Assembly: GCA_904063045.1 (NCBI GenBank)
Contig: CAJFCJ010000006.1
Span: 186,001 to 250,000 of the forward strand
Direction: 5' to 3'
DNA length: 64,000 nucleotides
From: Dimorphilus gyrociliatus
Lineage: Eukaryota > Animalia > Annelida
Shown: positions 56,254 through 64,000 of the stretch, piece after piece
How the letters are laid out: the number at the start of each line of letters is the position of its first letter
How positions within the stretch are numbered: the first letter of the stretch is position 1
Made by a program: the position numbers and the translations under genes
The notes under the pieces: generated by a model
Database searches by the model: none
What the model saw: only the letters and a program-made list of their open reading frames with translations
What the model was told of the DNA's origin: nothing

Positions 56254-57586
56254 CAGTCGCGATAATAAGTAATTATAACAAGAGCGAAAGTGTCTAAAAA
56301 TCTAAACATTTTGATTTACATATAAAGTGTATGGTTGTGAATATTTTTATCTGTAGGATAGATGACTTGCGAAACATCTAGCACAATTTCTGATGAAAAT
56401 CTATATTTGAAGCATTAGTTTTTCACTCTTTTTTACAATACTATGAATTTTGACCGCCATTAAGTAATTATAACACCGTCACTATGACCTCATAATTATG
56501 AGTAGTGTCATTGAAAAAAAAAATTGGCCTACAAATATTGTTCCCTTCTCACTAGAGAGATTTCACGATCTAGTGTGAAAAAAATTCTTTGTAAATACAA
56601 GTTAAATGGGAGAATTTCAGCAAAAAAGCCAGCTCTAAATAAGAAGCAAATCAAAAAACGGATACAGTTTTGCAATCAAAAACTGAAATGGAGCTCAAAT
56701 ATGCAGAGAAAAGTAATATTCAGTGATGAGAGCAAGGTTGAACTCCATCCTCATCGAAGGGAATATGTCAGGAGGTCAGTTGGGACAAGAAATGATCCAA
56801 AGTACACAACTAAAGCTGTGAAGTTCGGTGGTGGTAATATTATGGTATTCGGTTATATAAAATATGGTGGAGAGAGAGGACTCTGCAAAGTCCCTCCTAG
56901 GATGAATACCAAAGGTTATATTGATATACTTTCAGAAAATGTATTACCTAACTATAAAAAGGGAGAAATTTTCCAACAAGATGGGGCGAGCTGCCTTACA
57001 GCAAAAACAACCATTGCATTTATAAAAAAAGAGATGAAATTGCTACAAAACTGGCCTGCAAATAGCCCAGATATTAATATTATTGAGCCCATTTGGGGTA
57101 TTTGCAAGAAAGAAACAATACTTAGGCAACCCAGAAATATAAAACAGCTGTGGGAAATTTTTGAGGAGGAATTCTTCAAAATTTCGAATTTTGAAATTCA
57201 AATATTGTATGCCTCCATTGAAAGAAGGTTGAACGCAATAAAAAAGGCAAGGGGTATATGCATACAAAATATTAAATACTATAATTTTGTCATATACAAC
57301 TGTATACCTATCTGAAAATGTATAAATAAAATAAAATGAGTACTTTTCATGGACTCGGTCAATTTGTTATAATTACTTAATGGCGGTCAAAATTCATAGT
57401 ATTGTAATAAAGAGTGAAAAACTGATGCTTAAAATATAGATATTCATCTGAAATTTCGCCTGATGTTTCACAAGTCATCTATCCTACAGAAAAAAATATT
57501 CACAACCATACACTTTATTTGTAAATCAAGATATTTGGATTTTTAGACATTTTTACTCTTCTTATAATTACTTAATATCGCGACTG
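56254..57586 (+). mobile_element. Tc1/mariner DNA transposon, IR/DR type, internally deleted
   Basis: About 220-bp imperfect TIRs (CAGTCGCGAT..; ..ATCGCGACTG), each with two TAAGTAATTATAA direct repeats; TA at left end, CA at right (mutated TSD). Confidence 0.93.
56524..57315 (+). pseudogene. Tc1 DD34E transposase, N-terminally truncated
   Basis: IFSDES, VKFGGGNIMVFG, FQQDGASC, WPANSPDINIIE with 34 residues between D and E; first HTH missing, upstream ATG 56498 out of frame. Confidence 0.88.
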
Positions 57587-57765
57587 CATAATGTATTGTT
57601 TTTATGTTTTGTGACATATGTAATCCTTTGACAAAATGAACCCAAGATTTGGAAAATGTATAAAAGGAAATATATTTCCAAAGCTTGTTAGTTTCTAATC
57701 ACCAAGTGTAGACTAAACTGCTCTTTTATATGATAATTAAGATATTAATAGATTGAGACATTTTA

Positions 57766-58280
57766 ATGATGAAACCTGTTCAAAGTTTTGTTAGAAGAAG
57801 TAAAGAACTTGTAGAAAAATTCCTACCATTCAAAACTACTGAAATGGCTTGTGTTACTGAAAGAGTTAGAGAACTTCAACTCATAAGTGTATTCAGGAAT
57901 GGTCTTAAAAAAGGAAAAATTGTAAACCATTTAGAAAAAGATGGAAAGATCAGCTCAGTGGATCAGTATATTAAACTGGTAAAATGAGCAGAAATATTTT
58001 TTAACAATGCAAGAAACGAAGATAATAAAGAATTCAAACAATTTAAAAGAAGACTTGGCAATAATCCAATTAATGCAAATCAGAATGAAAATGAAGAAAA
58101 AGGCACTATTAACAGACTAATACACGCCGAACCTGATGAATCTAACGAAAGGGAGACTTCTAAAGGAACAATGGCAATATATTGAGTAAAACTAGTTCTA
58201 AACACCTTAAGGCTGAACGAGTAATGCTAATGCTACGTTTTCTGGTTTTCCTTTTTATAACAATCTTCATCAGTTATTAA
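57766..58280 (+). mobile_element. LTR-retrotransposon gag-like relic
   Basis: PVQSFVRRSKEL...LISVFRNGLK resembles retrotransposon capsid C-terminal motif; frame stays open about 97 codons past a single TGA (57985-57987). No LTRs or pol seen. Confidence 0.4.
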
Positions 58281-58559
58281 GGGATTGCTTATATCTGGCC
58301 CTTAGTAAAAGGTGTCAAGTGTAGGAAACATGAATTGTTTATAAGTTATTCACCCCTGATTTTTATTCATTTATTCAAGGAACTTAGGACAATCGGGCAA
58401 ACCCTGTAATTATTCTGGTTGAAAGTATTGGCAAATGAATACTCTTATTAAATAGGATTTTGACGAACCAACAACTCCTGTAACTCGTATGATTACAACA
58501 CAGCAAAGCAAAACTTCCGTAAATATTTTGGATGATAGCTATTGTTAATGATTTGTCCC

Positions 58560-58800
58560 TGACGAACATTAAATAGTGCTACTTGAATTTCGACGAATGA
58601 GTACATCACACAAACTGGATTTGACTGATCCGATTGCAATACAACAAAGTGCAAATATTATCCTCATAACAAACGCATTACTTACTAAAAAACAAATATA
58701 CTTGGAAATGTTCTGAGTTGAGGATTTGTGATATTATTCCATATTAGATTGTCAGCTACAATCATTTGCCAATGCCCCAACAATAAGTTCTTCAACGGTC
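58560..58800 (+). pseudogene. Degenerate LRR-like coding relic, copy 2
   Basis: FRRMSTSHKLDLTDP and TWKCSELRICDIIPY*I; paralogous to 55800-55920. Confidence 0.3.
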
Positions 58801-59363
58801 AAATCCGTTTACAGTAAACATTGGTACACAAATACTTTTGACGCTTTGACGTTGAAATGCATAATTAACCCAGGTGTGCCGAGCTTCCCGTCATAAAAAA
58901 AAGTTCGTGACATTGGCAAATGTTAAATTTAGCATATATTTGCAGCGTTTTATGTTTAAAAATGGAGGATCAAGTAATTGCTGGATTTAAAAAAGTCTTT
59001 ATTTTTATTTTTTTGTCAGAATATACAATCTGATATCAAAGAGAGAGTCACATAAAACAAGTAATGCAACAATTTCAGATAAAAGTCTCATATAACAAAG
59101 ATTTTATAGGCATATACTATCTTTTCAAGTTTCTGCCGTTTAAAAGTACTTGACGATATATCCTAAAAAACGCTTGTTTTTGAAGAGGAGTATTGAATAA
59201 CGATAGAAATTCACTTTTTATTTAACTATTTATTACATACTTTACAAAAGAACAATCCTTTAAAATAAAAATTAACTAACACAACAAAAATACAATAAAA
59301 CATGATGGAAAAATACTAAACATAATTGCAAGTTCTCTCGCTTAGCACAAATTTGTTAAATAA

Positions 59364-64000
<4,637 letters not shown>

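Overview
AT-rich, very gene-dense animal (eukaryotic) genomic DNA with mostly 50-70 nt GT-AG introns; by inference a compact invertebrate genome (style resembles the meiobenthic annelid Dimorphilus, not provable here). Manual splicing supports about 24 protein-coding genes: an LDLa+EB-repeat secreted protein, SLC5 transporter, NQO1/2-like, GH31 alpha-glucosidase, SmF, a TOM6-like micropeptide, ankyrin-SOCS protein, MRPL47, PHB2, a PAC1/2-like protein, a beta-lactamase-fold hydrolase, SMG8, a MAM-fibrinogen lectin, HCF-1, ALY/REF, a GPI-anchored otoancorin/mesothelin-like protein, a DUF3715 (TEX15/TASOR-type pseudo-PARP) protein, Mi-2/CHD3-5 and several orphans. 54.3-58.9 kb is a decayed zone with an IR/DR Tc1 element, a gag-like relic and duplicated LRR-like pseudogene fragments. 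Main observations: (1) at least 11 dispersed TA-TA-CAG/CTG-TA-TA motifs matching Tc1/Sleeping Beauty excision footprints; (2) a hidden TEX15/TASOR-like transposon-silencing candidate; (3) a 228-codon ORF nested same-strand in an SMG8 intron; (4) a Gly/Lys repeat exon that can splice to a short secreted peptide or in frame to the otoancorin-like protein. All models were assembled by eye without database searches; no tRNA, rRNA or CRISPR array was seen.
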